DNA from: a virus
Taxonomy: Duplodnaviria; Caudoviricetes
Reading direction: 5' to 3' (one strand)
DNA: 57,100 nt
IMG/VR virus record: IMGVR_UViG_3300043540_000139
Location: 1-57,100 of that record
Below are positions 10,507 to 21,100 of the stretch, in pieces. A program made the translations under genes and the position numbers. Under the pieces are notes generated by a model. That model was not told the DNA's origin and did not search any database. It worked only from the letters and a program-made list of their open reading frames with translations. Within the stretch, counting starts at the first letter, position 1, and the number at the start of each line of letters is the position of its first letter.

Positions 10507-12768
10507 ATGGCAGTTGAATTAAATAATACGGATATACAAGCCCAAAGATTAAAAGAAATTATAAGATACCGCAAAGACCCTATTGCATTTTTAAAAGAAC
10601 AATGCAAAATTAAACATCCACGCAGGGGTATTATACCATTTGAATTATTCCCAGCACAAGAAGATTGTATTAAAAATTTTATAAATCATCGTTTCAATAT
10701 TGTATTAAAATCCAGACAATTGGGTATAACAACTATTGTTGCTGGTTATTGCACTTGGCGTATGGTATTCTTTCCACATCAGGAAATTAGAGTTGTTGCA
10801 ACCAAAAATGAAACAGCACAAATTTCAATTGAAATGGCTAATACAATGGTAGACAACATTGAACCTTGGATATTATCTATGCTTGGTGCAATTAGAGCTA
10901 CTGAAAGAAAACATACAGTAGAATTGTTGAATGGTTCTCGTATGTCAGCATTTGGACAAGCCAGAGGAAGTAATCCCGATACTGGTGTTGGTAGATCATT
11001 ATCTTTATTAGTAGTTGACGAAGCAGCACTTATTCCTAATATGACAGATATTTGGACATCAATTTATCCAACACTTTCACAGGGTGGAAATAGTTGTGAT
11101 GAAAATACAATAATTTTTACCGATAAAGGTTTATATAGAATTTCTGATTTAAATCCAACTCAAAATTTATCAGAAGGATTTTATGATTTAAAAAATATTA
11201 ATGTTATAAATAAAAATAATAAACCAGAAAATGCATTAAGTTATCATATTTCAAAACCTATATTAGGAAATAAAATTTATTTTGATAATGGTAATTTTAT
11301 TATTGTTTCTGATGAACATCCATTATTATGTAATTTTGATAATGAAGAGTTTTGGAAAGAAAGTAAAGATATAAAAATTGGTGATACTATAGTAGGACAA
11401 TATAATCAAAATGTGTTTGGTAGTTTAATAAAATATCCAGAATTTAAAAACTATCACAATATAAGAAAAAATTATGAAATGAATAATATTGATTTTTCTT
11501 ATCTTTGTGGATTGTTTGTTGCAAAAGGAAACTTAATTAAGAAAAACACAAAACCTTATGCAATTAATATTACCAATGGAGACGTTGATATTCAAAATTG
11601 GTTGAGAAACAATAAATTTAAAAAAATTGATGATAGACATTTTAGATTAACAAATTCTTATGCAACCGAAAAATTAATATTTTTAGGTTGCAAAGAATAT
11701 TCCAAAAACAAAACAGTGCCTAACAAAATATTGTCTTCTACAAAAGAAGAACAAATTTCATTCTTACAGGGATTGTTTGACGGTGATGGATGTTCAAGTG
11801 GAAATATGATAAAGTATGATTCTGCATCCGAACAATTAGTTATAGATGTTCATACAATGTTATTGAATTTTGGTATTATATCATCTATAAAGAAAATAAC
11901 CCAGAAACCAACAAAACTTGTAAAAAAATATAATGGAACTGGTTATGAATTAAGGATATACGGTGAAAATACAAGAAAATTTTATGAGATTATAGGATTT
12001 AGATTGCAAAGAAAACAATTAAATTATAATAAAATAAAAGATAATAAAAATTTTAGTTTATATAACATTTCCGACAAAAATAATTTTAAAACAATGGCTC
12101 AAAAAAGCGGATATGTTTTGTATCATTCCAAGAACAATAATAATAAAAAATATTTAAGAGACTATATAAACATAGAAAGATATTTATACACTAAAAATGA
12201 TAATATATCTAAACATTGTGCAAATGTAATTTTGGATATATACGATAAAGATTTAGAAGAACATAAAATATTTAAAGAAGAAGTGTCTAAACAAGAAAAT
12301 AATACCAAACTATATTTAAAAGTTTCGCATATAGAAAGAACAAAAATAGAAAAACCAATGTATGATTTTATTGTTCCGAACACACACTCTTTCGTTGGGA
12401 ATGGAATAATAAACCATAATTGTATCGTTTTAAGCACTCCCAGAGGAACTTCAAACTGGTTTTATGATACTTTCCGTAAAGCAGAAGATAAAGACTATAA
12501 AGAAGGTGAAATTCCATTTCACCCAATAAAACTTATGTGGTGGGAAAATACAGAAAGAATGAATACACCATTAGAACCAGATGAAAGTATTCCCGGTGGA
12601 TATACTAATCAATGGGCAAGGGCAACTTTTGCTAATTTGACATTAAAACAAATTGCACAAGAATATTGTGTTTCAGAAAATACTATGGTTACTATTAGAA
12701 ATAAAGAGAATAATAATATAGAAACAATTTCTATAAAAGAATTGAAAGAGAGGTTAAAAAATGAATAG
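10507..12768 (+). CDS. terL: Large terminase piece 1 (ATPase domain) with one cis intein and C-terminal split-intein N-half
   Basis: T4 gp17-like: FELFPAQ, Walker A LKSRQLGITT, Walker B LLVVDEAA, and spliced PTLSQGGN|CIVLSTPRG. Ends IAQEY|CVSENT... Confidence 0.93.
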   Translation: MAVELNNTDIQAQRLKEIIRYRKDPIAFLKEQCKIKHPRRGIIPFELFPAQEDCIKNFINHRFNIVLKSRQLGITTIVAGYCTWRMVFFPHQEIRVVATKNETAQISIEMANTMVDNIEPWILSMLGAIRATERKHTVELLNGSRMSAFGQARGSNPDTGVGRSLSLLVVDEAALIPNMTDIWTSIYPTLSQGGNSCDENTIIFTDKGLYRISDLNPTQNLSEGFYDLKNINVINKNNKPENALSYHISKPILGNKIYFDNGNFIIVSDEHPLLCNFDNEEFWKESKDIKIGDTIVGQYNQNVFGSLIKYPEFKNYHNIRKNYEMNNIDFSYLCGLFVAKGNLIKKNTKPYAINITNGDVDIQNWLRNNKFKKIDDRHFRLTNSYATEKLIFLGCKEYSKNKTVPNKILSSTKEEQISFLQGLFDGDGCSSGNMIKYDSASEQLVIDVHTMLLNFGIISSIKKITQKPTKLVKKYNGTGYELRIYGENTRKFYEIIGFRLQRKQLNYNKIKDNKNFSLYNISDKNNFKTMAQKSGYVLYHSKNNNNKKYLRDYINIERYLYTKNDNISKHCANVILDIYDKDLEEHKIFKEEVSKQENNTKLYLKVSHIERTKIEKPMYDFIVPNTHSFVGNGIINHNCIVLSTPRGTSNWFYDTFRKAEDKDYKEGEIPFHPIKLMWWENTERMNTPLEPDESIPGGYTNQWARATFANLTLKQIAQEYCVSENTMVTIRNKENNNIETISIKELKERLKNE
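11092..12420 (+). mobile_element. Cis intein (443 aa, Ser1) with LAGLIDADG endonuclease in terL
   Basis: Starts SCDENTIIFT, contains SDEHP and FLQGLFDGDG, ends MYDFIVPNTHSFVGNGIINHN|C. Confidence 0.9.
12667..12765 (+). mobile_element. Split intein 1, N-half (33 aa)
   Basis: CVSENTMVTIRNKENNNIETISIKELKERLKNE then stop: intein block A only. Confidence 0.88.
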
Positions 12769-13279
12769 TGTATTAAAAGGATACAATACTATTAATAAAA
12801 CATTAAATGAAAATGATTTATTTGAATTACAAGAAACTATTGATATACTTAATAGAAATAATTTTTGGAAAAATACAAAATATGAAGTGTTAACTCCGAA
12901 TGGATATTTACCTTTTGATGGATTAAAACAAGTAAAATCAGATTTGTATAAATTTTATTTAGAAGATGGTAAAGTTTTAGAAGCTACATTAGACCATATT
13001 GTAGAAACAAAACAAGGAGATTTATCTATTATTGATTGTTATAATAATAATTTAGAATTAAAAACTTTAGAAGGTTTTACAAAAATAAACAAAATAGAAA
13101 AAATAGGATTAGATTATGTATATGATTTAGTTAATGTAAAAGATATACATAAATATTACACAAATAATATTGTATCTCATAATTGTTGTGTTTCTGGTGA
13201 TACTTTTGTTCAAATACAAACCAAAGATGGAGTAGTTTTCAAAACCAGAATTGATGAATTAGAAAGATTTATTTTATAA
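12761..13279 (+). CDS. Large terminase piece 2: IntC1 (141 aa) - one Cys extein - IntN2 (30 aa)
   Basis: YEVLTPNGY..F, EATLDH (block B), VYDLVNV..HKYYTNNIVSHN ending at 13183, then Cys at 13184-13186, then CVSGDTFVQIQTKDG...IDEL (13187-13276). Overlaps the stop of piece 1. Confidence 0.9.
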   Translation: MNSVLKGYNTINKTLNENDLFELQETIDILNRNNFWKNTKYEVLTPNGYLPFDGLKQVKSDLYKFYLEDGKVLEATLDHIVETKQGDLSIIDCYNNNLELKTLEGFTKINKIEKIGLDYVYDLVNVKDIHKYYTNNIVSHNCCVSGDTFVQIQTKDGVVFKTRIDELERFIL

Positions 13280-13532
13280 TACCAAATCCAGAAAAATATA
13301 ATATGTATTTTAATAATAATCCGATGATTATGGAACTAGAAGTTGAATCAAAAAACACATAAAGTATAAAAAAATATTAATTGATGTTTATAATCATAGT
13401 TTGTTTATATATGGAGACAATTCTTCTTATGTTGGGAAAGTAACTAAAATAGTTTTTAAAGATAAAAAGACTAATCAAATAGTTATGACATTTAAAAAAA
13501 GGGATAATGAATCCCTAATGGAGGACATAAAT

Positions 13533-13934
13533 ATGACAGTTAAAATTAAAAAATCCGAATTGAAAAAACTTATTAAAGAAGAACTTGGGAAAATGATGTC
13601 TCTTCCAACATTTAGTTTATTGGGTGGTGCAAAATCAAAAGTATGGGAACAATCAGCAACTCCAGATGAAGTGGCAGAAATAGAAAAAGAACTTCCAAAA
13701 TTACCTTTAAATCATATCGCTGGAATAATTAAACAAGATTGGAAAAATGTATGGTTTGGTGCAAAACCATATTTAGATGCTTTGTTTTCATTAAATAGTA
13801 TTAAAGATAATTATGGATCAGACAGTGGTTTAAGTATAGTTGCATATTTTCTTTCTAATGCAGCACAATGGAAGGGTCCGGTAGCAAAGATTGTAAAAAA
13901 AGAATTAAAAAAAAGATTAAAGAATGGTAGATAA
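13533..13934 (+). CDS. Leader-bearing hypothetical phage protein lying between terL pieces
   Basis: GGAGG RBS before ATG 13533; MTVKIKKSELKKLIKEEL leader; C-terminal DWKNVWFGAKPYLDAL...YFLSNAAQWKG domain. Confidence 0.7.
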   Translation: MTVKIKKSELKKLIKEELGKMMSLPTFSLLGGAKSKVWEQSATPDEVAEIEKELPKLPLNHIAGIIKQDWKNVWFGAKPYLDALFSLNSIKDNYGSDSGLSIVAYFLSNAAQWKGPVAKIVKKELKKRLKNGR

Positions 13935-14082
13935 ACTCGTTCATATCATTGAAGTAATAGTTGTAATTTTGGGAATTGCGAGTTTAGTTTCTTTTGTAGT
14001 AGTATTAATTTGGTGGTTTGTAGAATTAAAAATAGATGATAATGAAAACATTAATTCAAACATTAAAAGAAGTAAAAAGTAA
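13924..14082 (+). CDS. Small single-TM membrane protein (52 aa)
   Basis: MVDKLVHIIEVIVVILGIASLVSFVVVLIWWFVELK...; below the ORF-track cutoff, overlaps its neighbours. Confidence 0.5.
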   Translation: MVDKLVHIIEVIVVILGIASLVSFVVVLIWWFVELKIDDNENINSNIKRSKK

Positions 14083-14314
14083 ATTTGCTTCAGATGAAGT
14101 TAAGATTGAAGAAGACTTAACTAAATTTTGGGTTACTTTTATTTGGCAAAATGGATGGGAAACAATATCAAGACATAGATTTAGAAAAGATGCAGAAGAA
14201 ATTAAAGAATTAATATTAAAAAACAAAACACCTTTGGAAATAAAAAATGTTATAGATAAACAAAATAAGACTAGGTTTTCCAAATGGGTTGCTCCATATT
14301 GGGTAAATTGGTAA
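14036..14314 (+). CDS. Hypothetical protein
   Basis: 92 aa; MKTLIQTLKE leader-like start. Confidence 0.55.
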   Translation: MIMKTLIQTLKEVKSKFASDEVKIEEDLTKFWVTFIWQNGWETISRHRFRKDAEEIKELILKNKTPLEIKNVIDKQNKTRFSKWVAPYWVNW

Positions 14315-14425
14315 AACAATGAAAATAAAAAAATCAGAATTGAAGAAAGTAATTAAAGAAATCTTGTTTAAGTTGGCAAAGATATAGCTTCTATGAAGAA
14401 AGAATTAATTAAAGATAGAAAATAA

Positions 14426-14779
14426 ATGATACAAGAAAAATTCATAAAGAATAATAAAAAAGTAAAAGTATTAACACAGGATGGTTATAAAGACTTTTCT
14501 GGTGTAAGGAGTTTATATAAAAAAGTTTTATATGTAATTACTTTTACCGATAATACCGAAATAAAAATAACTGATAATCATATATTATTCTTACCAGATG
14601 ATAAAGAAATATCTGCAAAAGAATTGATGATTGGAGACCAATTAAAATCTAAAAATGGTTTGAAAACAATTTCTTCAATAACAGTTTCAGGTAATCTTGT
14701 ATCTGGTTTTAAAGTGTTTGATTTGGTAGATGTAAAAGATGTAAATACATATTATACCAATGATGTTTTATCACATAAT
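14426..14779 (+). mobile_element. Split intein 2, C-half (118 aa)
   Basis: VKVLTQDGYKDF, KITDNH, VFDLVDV..NTYYTNDVLSHN|C; lacks block A. Confidence 0.88.
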
Positions 14780-16885
14780 TGCAATTTTAATTTATCCGGT
14801 GAAACTGCACTTGAACCCGAAAAACTTAACTTTATTAGGGAAAATTATACCAAAGAACCGATTGCAAAAGAAGGACCTAATCAGGAATTGTGGATATGGC
14901 GTTATCCAGAAACAAATAAAAATTATATTTGTTTACCAAGAGGGGAAAAAATTCTAACAAATTCTGGTTTAAAAAACATTGAAGAGGTTACCAATCAAGA
15001 AAAATTATATGATATAAATGGTAATATAACAGATATTGTTGAAATCAAGAAAAGAAATTACGATGGTGATATTTATGAAATATTTTTACACACACACTTT
15101 AGAAGCAATAAATTTACAGATGAACATCCTGTTTATGCGAGTAAAGAAAACAAATTATTTAGAAATTATAAAACAAATCACGATAAATATAAATTTAATG
15201 AAAGATATAGAATATTTTCTTTTAAGTATATTGAAAGTAAATATTTAAAAATTGGGGATTGGGTAAAATATCCTAATATATATAAGAACAATATTTTGAA
15301 TGAAAAACAAATTTTACAAAAATTTGACAAATATTCGGAAATTGGTAGAACTGATTTTAAAATTAAAGATAAAAATTTTATTTTGGATAAAGATTTTTGG
15401 TGGTTAGTTGGTTTATGGTTAGCAGAAGGTTGGATTGAAAACGGATATAATAATGACAAATCTATTCTTTTTGGTTTGAATATAAATGAAACAGAATATT
15501 CAAAAAAAATATCTATTATTGTTAATAAATTATTTGGTAGAAAATTAACAATAACATCAAAACCCATAAACAATAGTATGATTTGTAAATTTAATTCTAA
15601 ACAATTAGCAATGTTTTTGTTTGACAATTTCGGTAAATATGCAAAAAACAAAGCAATACCAGAATGGGTTAAGTTTTTACCCAATGAATTAAAATTAAAT
15701 TTGATATATGGATATTATAATGGAGATGGATATTTAAAAAATAAATCAATTCCAAACAAACCACATACAGTTAATTTTGTCAGTGCTTCTTTAAATTTAT
15801 TGGAAGGAATTCAGGATATTTTATTTTCTTTGGGGATAATAAGTTCTTTACAAAAAATAACAAATGGTGGTATTGGTTTTATAAAAGACAGAAAGGTTAA
15901 TATTTCTGATAAATATAGTCTTGATCTTGGTGTATTTGATACCAATAAATTTTTAAAATTAAACAATGATATTCAATATTTAAATGACATTTTTTATAAA
16001 AGAAGAATTAGATATTGTTATTTTAGTGAAGATGAAAATTATATTTATTTTAAAATAAAAGGCATAAAAAAACATCAATATAATGGTGATGTATATAATT
16101 TTGAAACAACAGCACATTCATTTTTAGTAAGAGGTTTAGTTACACACAATTGTGGAGTAGACGTTGCAAAGGGTGATGGTTCTGACTTTTCTGCAGCACA
16201 AATTATATGTATGGAAACCTTTGAACAAGTTGCAGAATTTAAAGCAATGATAGATAAAGAAAGATTTGGACAATTGTTGTGCAAATGGGGGATGGATTAT
16301 AATGGAGCATTATTGGTAATTGAAGATAACTATGGCGAAAGAACAATTCAAAAAGTAATTGATTTACATTATCCAAATTTATTCTGGATGGATACAAAAT
16401 TCAAAGGATTAATATTTGATAATTTAGAAAAAGTAAAAATAAACAAAAGAAGTCCGGGTTGGCATACAACAGCCAAAACCAGACCTTTAATTCTTGAAAA
16501 TATTTTGAAACAATTGAGGGATTCCGTAGATGATGAATCTGGATTGGGTGGTATCACAGTTAGAAGCACCAGATTGTGTTCTGAACTTGAAACTTGGGGA
16601 TATTATGGTGGTAGATTAGACCACGCATCCGGGAAACATGATGACTTGATATTTGCAATGGCAATCGCTGCGTTTATCCAGACAGTTTATTCCAAAATAA
16701 CTGAAAGAGAAAATAGGGATGCTGTTGAATTCATGAAACATTTTAGTAATTCTGGAAAATTAGTTGATATGAATTTCGGTGTTTATGGAACAAATACAAG
16801 AAGTAGAAATATTATCAATCAATATGATGTGGATGGTGTTGATATTTCTTGGTTGCTAAAAGATAAACCTGATGAGGAGAAATAA
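14426..16885 (+). CDS. terL: Large terminase piece 3: IntC2 plus RNase H-like nuclease domain with one cis intein
   Basis: Begins with an intein C-half ending VLSHN|CNFNLSG; spliced KNYI|CGVDVAKGDGSDFSA, LVIEDN, GWHTTAKTRP and HDDLIFAMAIA nuclease motifs. Confidence 0.93.
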   Translation: MIQEKFIKNNKKVKVLTQDGYKDFSGVRSLYKKVLYVITFTDNTEIKITDNHILFLPDDKEISAKELMIGDQLKSKNGLKTISSITVSGNLVSGFKVFDLVDVKDVNTYYTNDVLSHNCNFNLSGETALEPEKLNFIRENYTKEPIAKEGPNQELWIWRYPETNKNYICLPRGEKILTNSGLKNIEEVTNQEKLYDINGNITDIVEIKKRNYDGDIYEIFLHTHFRSNKFTDEHPVYASKENKLFRNYKTNHDKYKFNERYRIFSFKYIESKYLKIGDWVKYPNIYKNNILNEKQILQKFDKYSEIGRTDFKIKDKNFILDKDFWWLVGLWLAEGWIENGYNNDKSILFGLNINETEYSKKISIIVNKLFGRKLTITSKPINNSMICKFNSKQLAMFLFDNFGKYAKNKAIPEWVKFLPNELKLNLIYGYYNGDGYLKNKSIPNKPHTVNFVSASLNLLEGIQDILFSLGIISSLQKITNGGIGFIKDRKVNISDKYSLDLGVFDTNKFLKLNNDIQYLNDIFYKRRIRYCYFSEDENYIYFKIKGIKKHQYNGDVYNFETTAHSFLVRGLVTHNCGVDVAKGDGSDFSAAQIICMETFEQVAEFKAMIDKERFGQLLCKWGMDYNGALLVIEDNYGERTIQKVIDLHYPNLFWMDTKFKGLIFDNLEKVKINKRSPGWHTTAKTRPLILENILKQLRDSVDDESGLGGITVRSTRLCSELETWGYYGGRLDHASGKHDDLIFAMAIAAFIQTVYSKITERENRDAVEFMKHFSNSGKLVDMNFGVYGTNTRSRNIINQYDVDGVDISWLLKDKPDEEK
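14930..16150 (+). mobile_element. Cis intein (407 aa) with LAGLIDADG endonuclease in the terL nuclease domain
   Basis: CLPRGEKILT, FTDEHP, LVGLWLAEG, IYGYYNGDG, VYNFET..HSFLVRGLVTHN|C. Confidence 0.92.
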
Positions 16886-17066
16886 TAAAATGAAAATAAA
16901 AATTGGTTCAATAATTGAAATTGATGGCGAACAATGACAATTTAAAATTTATGAATTGTCTGGAAATAACGAGTGTGGGTGGAAGTAAAACAGATATTAT
17001 TTGGATTAAATCAGATAAGTTATATGGTAAAAAATAAGGTTTCTTAAAAACTAAAATTTTTTAATT

Positions 17067-17303
17067 ATGAAAAACAATAAGCATTTAAAAGAGATTTATT
17101 TAAAGAATTCGTTATCAGAACCACTTGAAGAAAGATTAGGATGTTTATTCAGGGTAAATGATAAAGTTTCAATTGGTTATTTGTTCAATGATGATATAGC
17201 GAAGAAACCGGGAATGTTCTGTTCGGAAGAAAAACAGATTGATAAGAAGCATTGGAAATATTTTCGTTCATTTGCAGATAACAATATTTATGAGATAATA
17301 TAA
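17067..17303 (+). CDS. Hypothetical protein
   Basis: 78 aa ORF coupled to the next gene (TAATG overlap). Confidence 0.5.
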   Translation: MKNNKHLKEIYLKNSLSEPLEERLGCLFRVNDKVSIGYLFNDDIAKKPGMFCSEEKQIDKKHWKYFRSFADNNIYEII

Positions 17304-18085
17304 TGGATATAACAAAAGCAAAAATAATAGGGAAACTTAAAACAAAACCATTGCCAATGTTGGATGTAAATAACAATAAAGAATTTACAGTTCCAGCAAC
17401 CGAATATGATATCATTCAGGTAAATGATTTTGGAGCAAAAGGGAAAATCTATGTTACTAATAAATGGTATAAACCCGGAGTTCCTGTTATTATTGCTGAA
17501 CCATTAGTAGATAGTTATAAGGAAGTCAAGAATGAACAATTAACAAAAGTTTATCCAATGATTGCACAATTTACAACCAAAGATGAATTAAAGATGAACA
17601 ATATTGAAAAGTATGCAAATCAAAATAATGGAATGAGAATGATATATGATAGGAAACCAGATGGAAGTTATTTGATAAAAATTTATCAATGGGGAAAACT
17701 AAATCCAGAAGCACATAAGAAAGTAAAAGAATTGATATTAAAAGAAGAATATATTCAAGAACTAAAAAAACAAGAATCGGTTAAACAACAGATAAAGAAT
17801 GTTATAAGAAAGCAATTAATATCAGAAGATATAAAATTAATTCCCAAACCGAATTATAGGGTTGGTTCAATTGTTTTGGTAAGATTACCAGCAAGTGGAA
17901 GTAGAACTATTAAGGTAAAGGTAACCAAAAAATCAAAAGACATAGATGATACAGGGTCACCGAGATTTGATGGAATAGAATTAAATTCTTCCAATCAAAT
18001 TGTGTATAGAAATTTAGGTGGGAAGAAAATTCCAAATACAGTTTGGACTTATGAAGACCAAATAATAAAAGTAGAAAAGTTTTAA
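17303..18085 (+). CDS. Hypothetical multi-module protein
   Basis: 260 aa; internal QIKNVIRKQLISE leader-like segment. Confidence 0.6.
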   Translation: MDITKAKIIGKLKTKPLPMLDVNNNKEFTVPATEYDIIQVNDFGAKGKIYVTNKWYKPGVPVIIAEPLVDSYKEVKNEQLTKVYPMIAQFTTKDELKMNNIEKYANQNNGMRMIYDRKPDGSYLIKIYQWGKLNPEAHKKVKELILKEEYIQELKKQESVKQQIKNVIRKQLISEDIKLIPKPNYRVGSIVLVRLPASGSRTIKVKVTKKSKDIDDTGSPRFDGIELNSSNQIVYRNLGGKKIPNTVWTYEDQIIKVEKF

Positions 18086-18130
18086 AAATAGGTTTCATAT
18101 CTTTTTATGTAATATAAGGAAAAATAATTT

Positions 18131-21100
18131 ATGGCAAATTTTTGGGATAGACTAAATAATTTAGTTAGACGTAAAATTACCAGACGTAGAGTTCCAACAT
18201 CTGTTCCTTACGGGCAGACAGGTCCGGGATTTTATTCATCTCAGGTATTCGGTTCAAAATTGGCAACAAGTATTTATGAACATAATCTTCAATCAACAGC
18301 AGATAGATTGGCAAGAATTAGGGATTATGATGCAATGGATACCACACCAATAGTTTCAACAGCATTAAATGTTTATTGTTTAAGAAGGGGAACAAAAATA
18401 CCATTGTTAAATGGTAGTGTTGTAAAAATAGAAGAATTATTAAAGTTATCTAACGAAGAGTTAGATGGTGTATATGTTTATTCATATGACATTGGAAATA
18501 GAAAAATTACAAGTGGAAAACTTCTTAATGCAATGCAGACAGGAAAAAATGTAGAAATATGGAAACTAACATTAGATGATAATACTATTGTAGAAACAAC
18601 GCCAGAACATAAATTTATGTTAAGGGATGGTTCTTATAAAATGCTTAAGGACTTAAAAGAAAATGATTTTTTAATGCCATTTTATACTAAATTAAGCAAA
18701 AAAGAAGATGTAAAACACAACAACCATAAAGTAAAGAAAATAGAATTTTCTTGTTACGATGATGTATATGATTTAACAGTAGAAAAATATAGTAATTTTG
18801 CAATTGTTACTGATGATAAAAGAAACGGTATATTTGTTCATAATTCTGATGATGCTTCTTCTTATGGGGAAGATGGACAAGTTTTAACAATCAGTTGTAA
18901 TAATCAAAAAATGTTAGAAGATTTAGAATATCTATTCTACGATATTCTTAATGTTGATTTTAACATTTATCACCAAATTAGAACACTTTGTAAATATGGT
19001 GATAAATTTGAATTGCTTTCAATTGAAAAAGGTAAAGGTGTAACTGGAACGATTGCATTACCGACAGCAGAAATTGAAAGGGAAGAAGCGTATGATGGTG
19101 ATCCCACAAGTGTAAGATTCAGATGGGTTGCACAAATAGGTGCGGCTTATAATGAATTTCAGGTTGCACATTTTAGATTGATGGGTGATGATAATTTTTT
19201 GCCTTATGGAAGATGTTTAAAATGGGATTCTTATATTGAAACACCAACTGGATTTAAAATGATTAAAGACATTAAAATTGGTGATGAAGTTTATTCTTTT
19301 GATACAAAAACTGAAAAGAAAATTATTACAACAGTGAAAAATACTGTTTGTTCAGGTAAAAAACAAATATATAAAATAAAATCAAAAAATAATGAATTGG
19401 AACTATCAAAAGAACATAATATAATGATTTGGGATGAAATAGAAAATAAATTTAATTACAAAAATATTTATGATTTAAAAATTGGGGATAAAATAGTAAT
19501 AAATAAACAAACAATAACCGATAATGAAATTAAGCAATGTAAAAAATACGACAAATCAAATAGATTAACTGATGAATATATTTTAACACCTATAATTTCA
19601 ATTGAAAAAACAGATGATTTTGAAGACGTATATGATATATATATTGACGAACAAAATCATAATTTTTTTGCAAATGGTATTGTGGTTCATAATTCCGTAT
19701 TGGAATCTGGAAGAGGTATCTGGAAGAAATTGCAATTGCTTGAAGATGCTATGTTGATTTATAGAATCAGTAGGGCAGCAGAAAAAAGAGTGTTCCAAAT
19801 TGAAGTAGGTAATATTCCATTTGACCAGATTGAAAATTATATTGAACAACAAAGAAGTAAAATTAAAACAGAAACAATTATTAATCCTTCAACTGGAGAA
19901 ATTGATTTAAGGTATAGGGTTAGTGCTTTAACAGATGATTATTGGTTAGCAAAACGTGGTGATATGATGTCTACAATTGAAACATTACCAGGTGGATGTC
20001 TTGCTTTAAATACAAAAATTGCATTGCTTGACGGAAGAAATTTGGAATTACAAGAAATTATAAAAGAATATGAACAAGGAAAACAAAATTGGGTTTATTC
20101 TTGTAATCCAAAAACAGGTGAACCTTGTGTTGCACCAATTTCGTGGGCTGGAATTACAAAAAGAAATACACAAGTTTTGAAATTAACATTGGATAACAAT
20201 TCGGAACTGATAGTTACACCAGAACATAAAATGTTAAAAAGAAGTGGAGAATTCATATCTGCTGAAAAATTAAAGGTTGGTGATTCTCTTATGCCATTTG
20301 TTAGAAAAATAAATTCAGACAATACTTGGTTAGACGGATATGAAAAACTGTATGATAATAATTCAAATAAATGGGTATTTACGCACAGACTTGTGAAAGA
20401 ACAATTTAAGAATAATTTGATTAAGGAATTTGTGTTTGAGTCTAAATATCAAAATGCAATCAAGAATGTTATTCATCATAAAGATTTCAATAAAAGAAAT
20501 AATAATCCAAGTAATTTGGTAATGATGAATAATTTTGACCATTTAAAATTACATCAAGAATATTGTAGAAATCCATTTAGAAGAAAAGCAATCTCTTCCT
20601 CTTTGAAATATTTTTGGAAAAATCAACCAGATGAATATAAAACAGAAAAGAAAAATCAATTGGTAAATGGATTACAAAACAAATTTAAACAAAACCCAGA
20701 ATTCAAGAAAAAATGGTATGAAAAAGCAGGTAAAACTCAATCTTTTACAAAGAAAAACAACAAAGAAGTAAATGATAAAATAATTGAAAATAATAAACTG
20801 ATGTGGAGAAATGATGAATATAAAAATAAAATGATAAACAATAATTCAACAAGATGGAACAATCCAGAATTTAGAAAAAATACAAGTAAGAAATTTTCTG
20901 AAATAAAAAAATATAAATATGATTCTGTAATTCATAAATATATTGTGGATGCTTATAAAAATGGAAACGATGATGGCGACAAATTAGCAAAATGGATGAA
21001 TGAATCCGAAGAATTTAAAAACAAATTTTATGAATTAAATCCAATTGCAAAACATTATACAAAAGAATTCAAAAGAGGATTGGTAAGAAAAATTATTTGT

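Noticed and set aside
12667-13183. Sequencing frameshift in a single cis intein instead of a genuine split
   Set aside because: The break follows block A as in known atypical TerL split inteins, piece 2 has its own ATG with GAGG RBS and an N-terminal extension, and the second intein is split at the same position by 1.1 kb of genes. It cannot be fully excluded without reads; the one-Cys extein stands either way.
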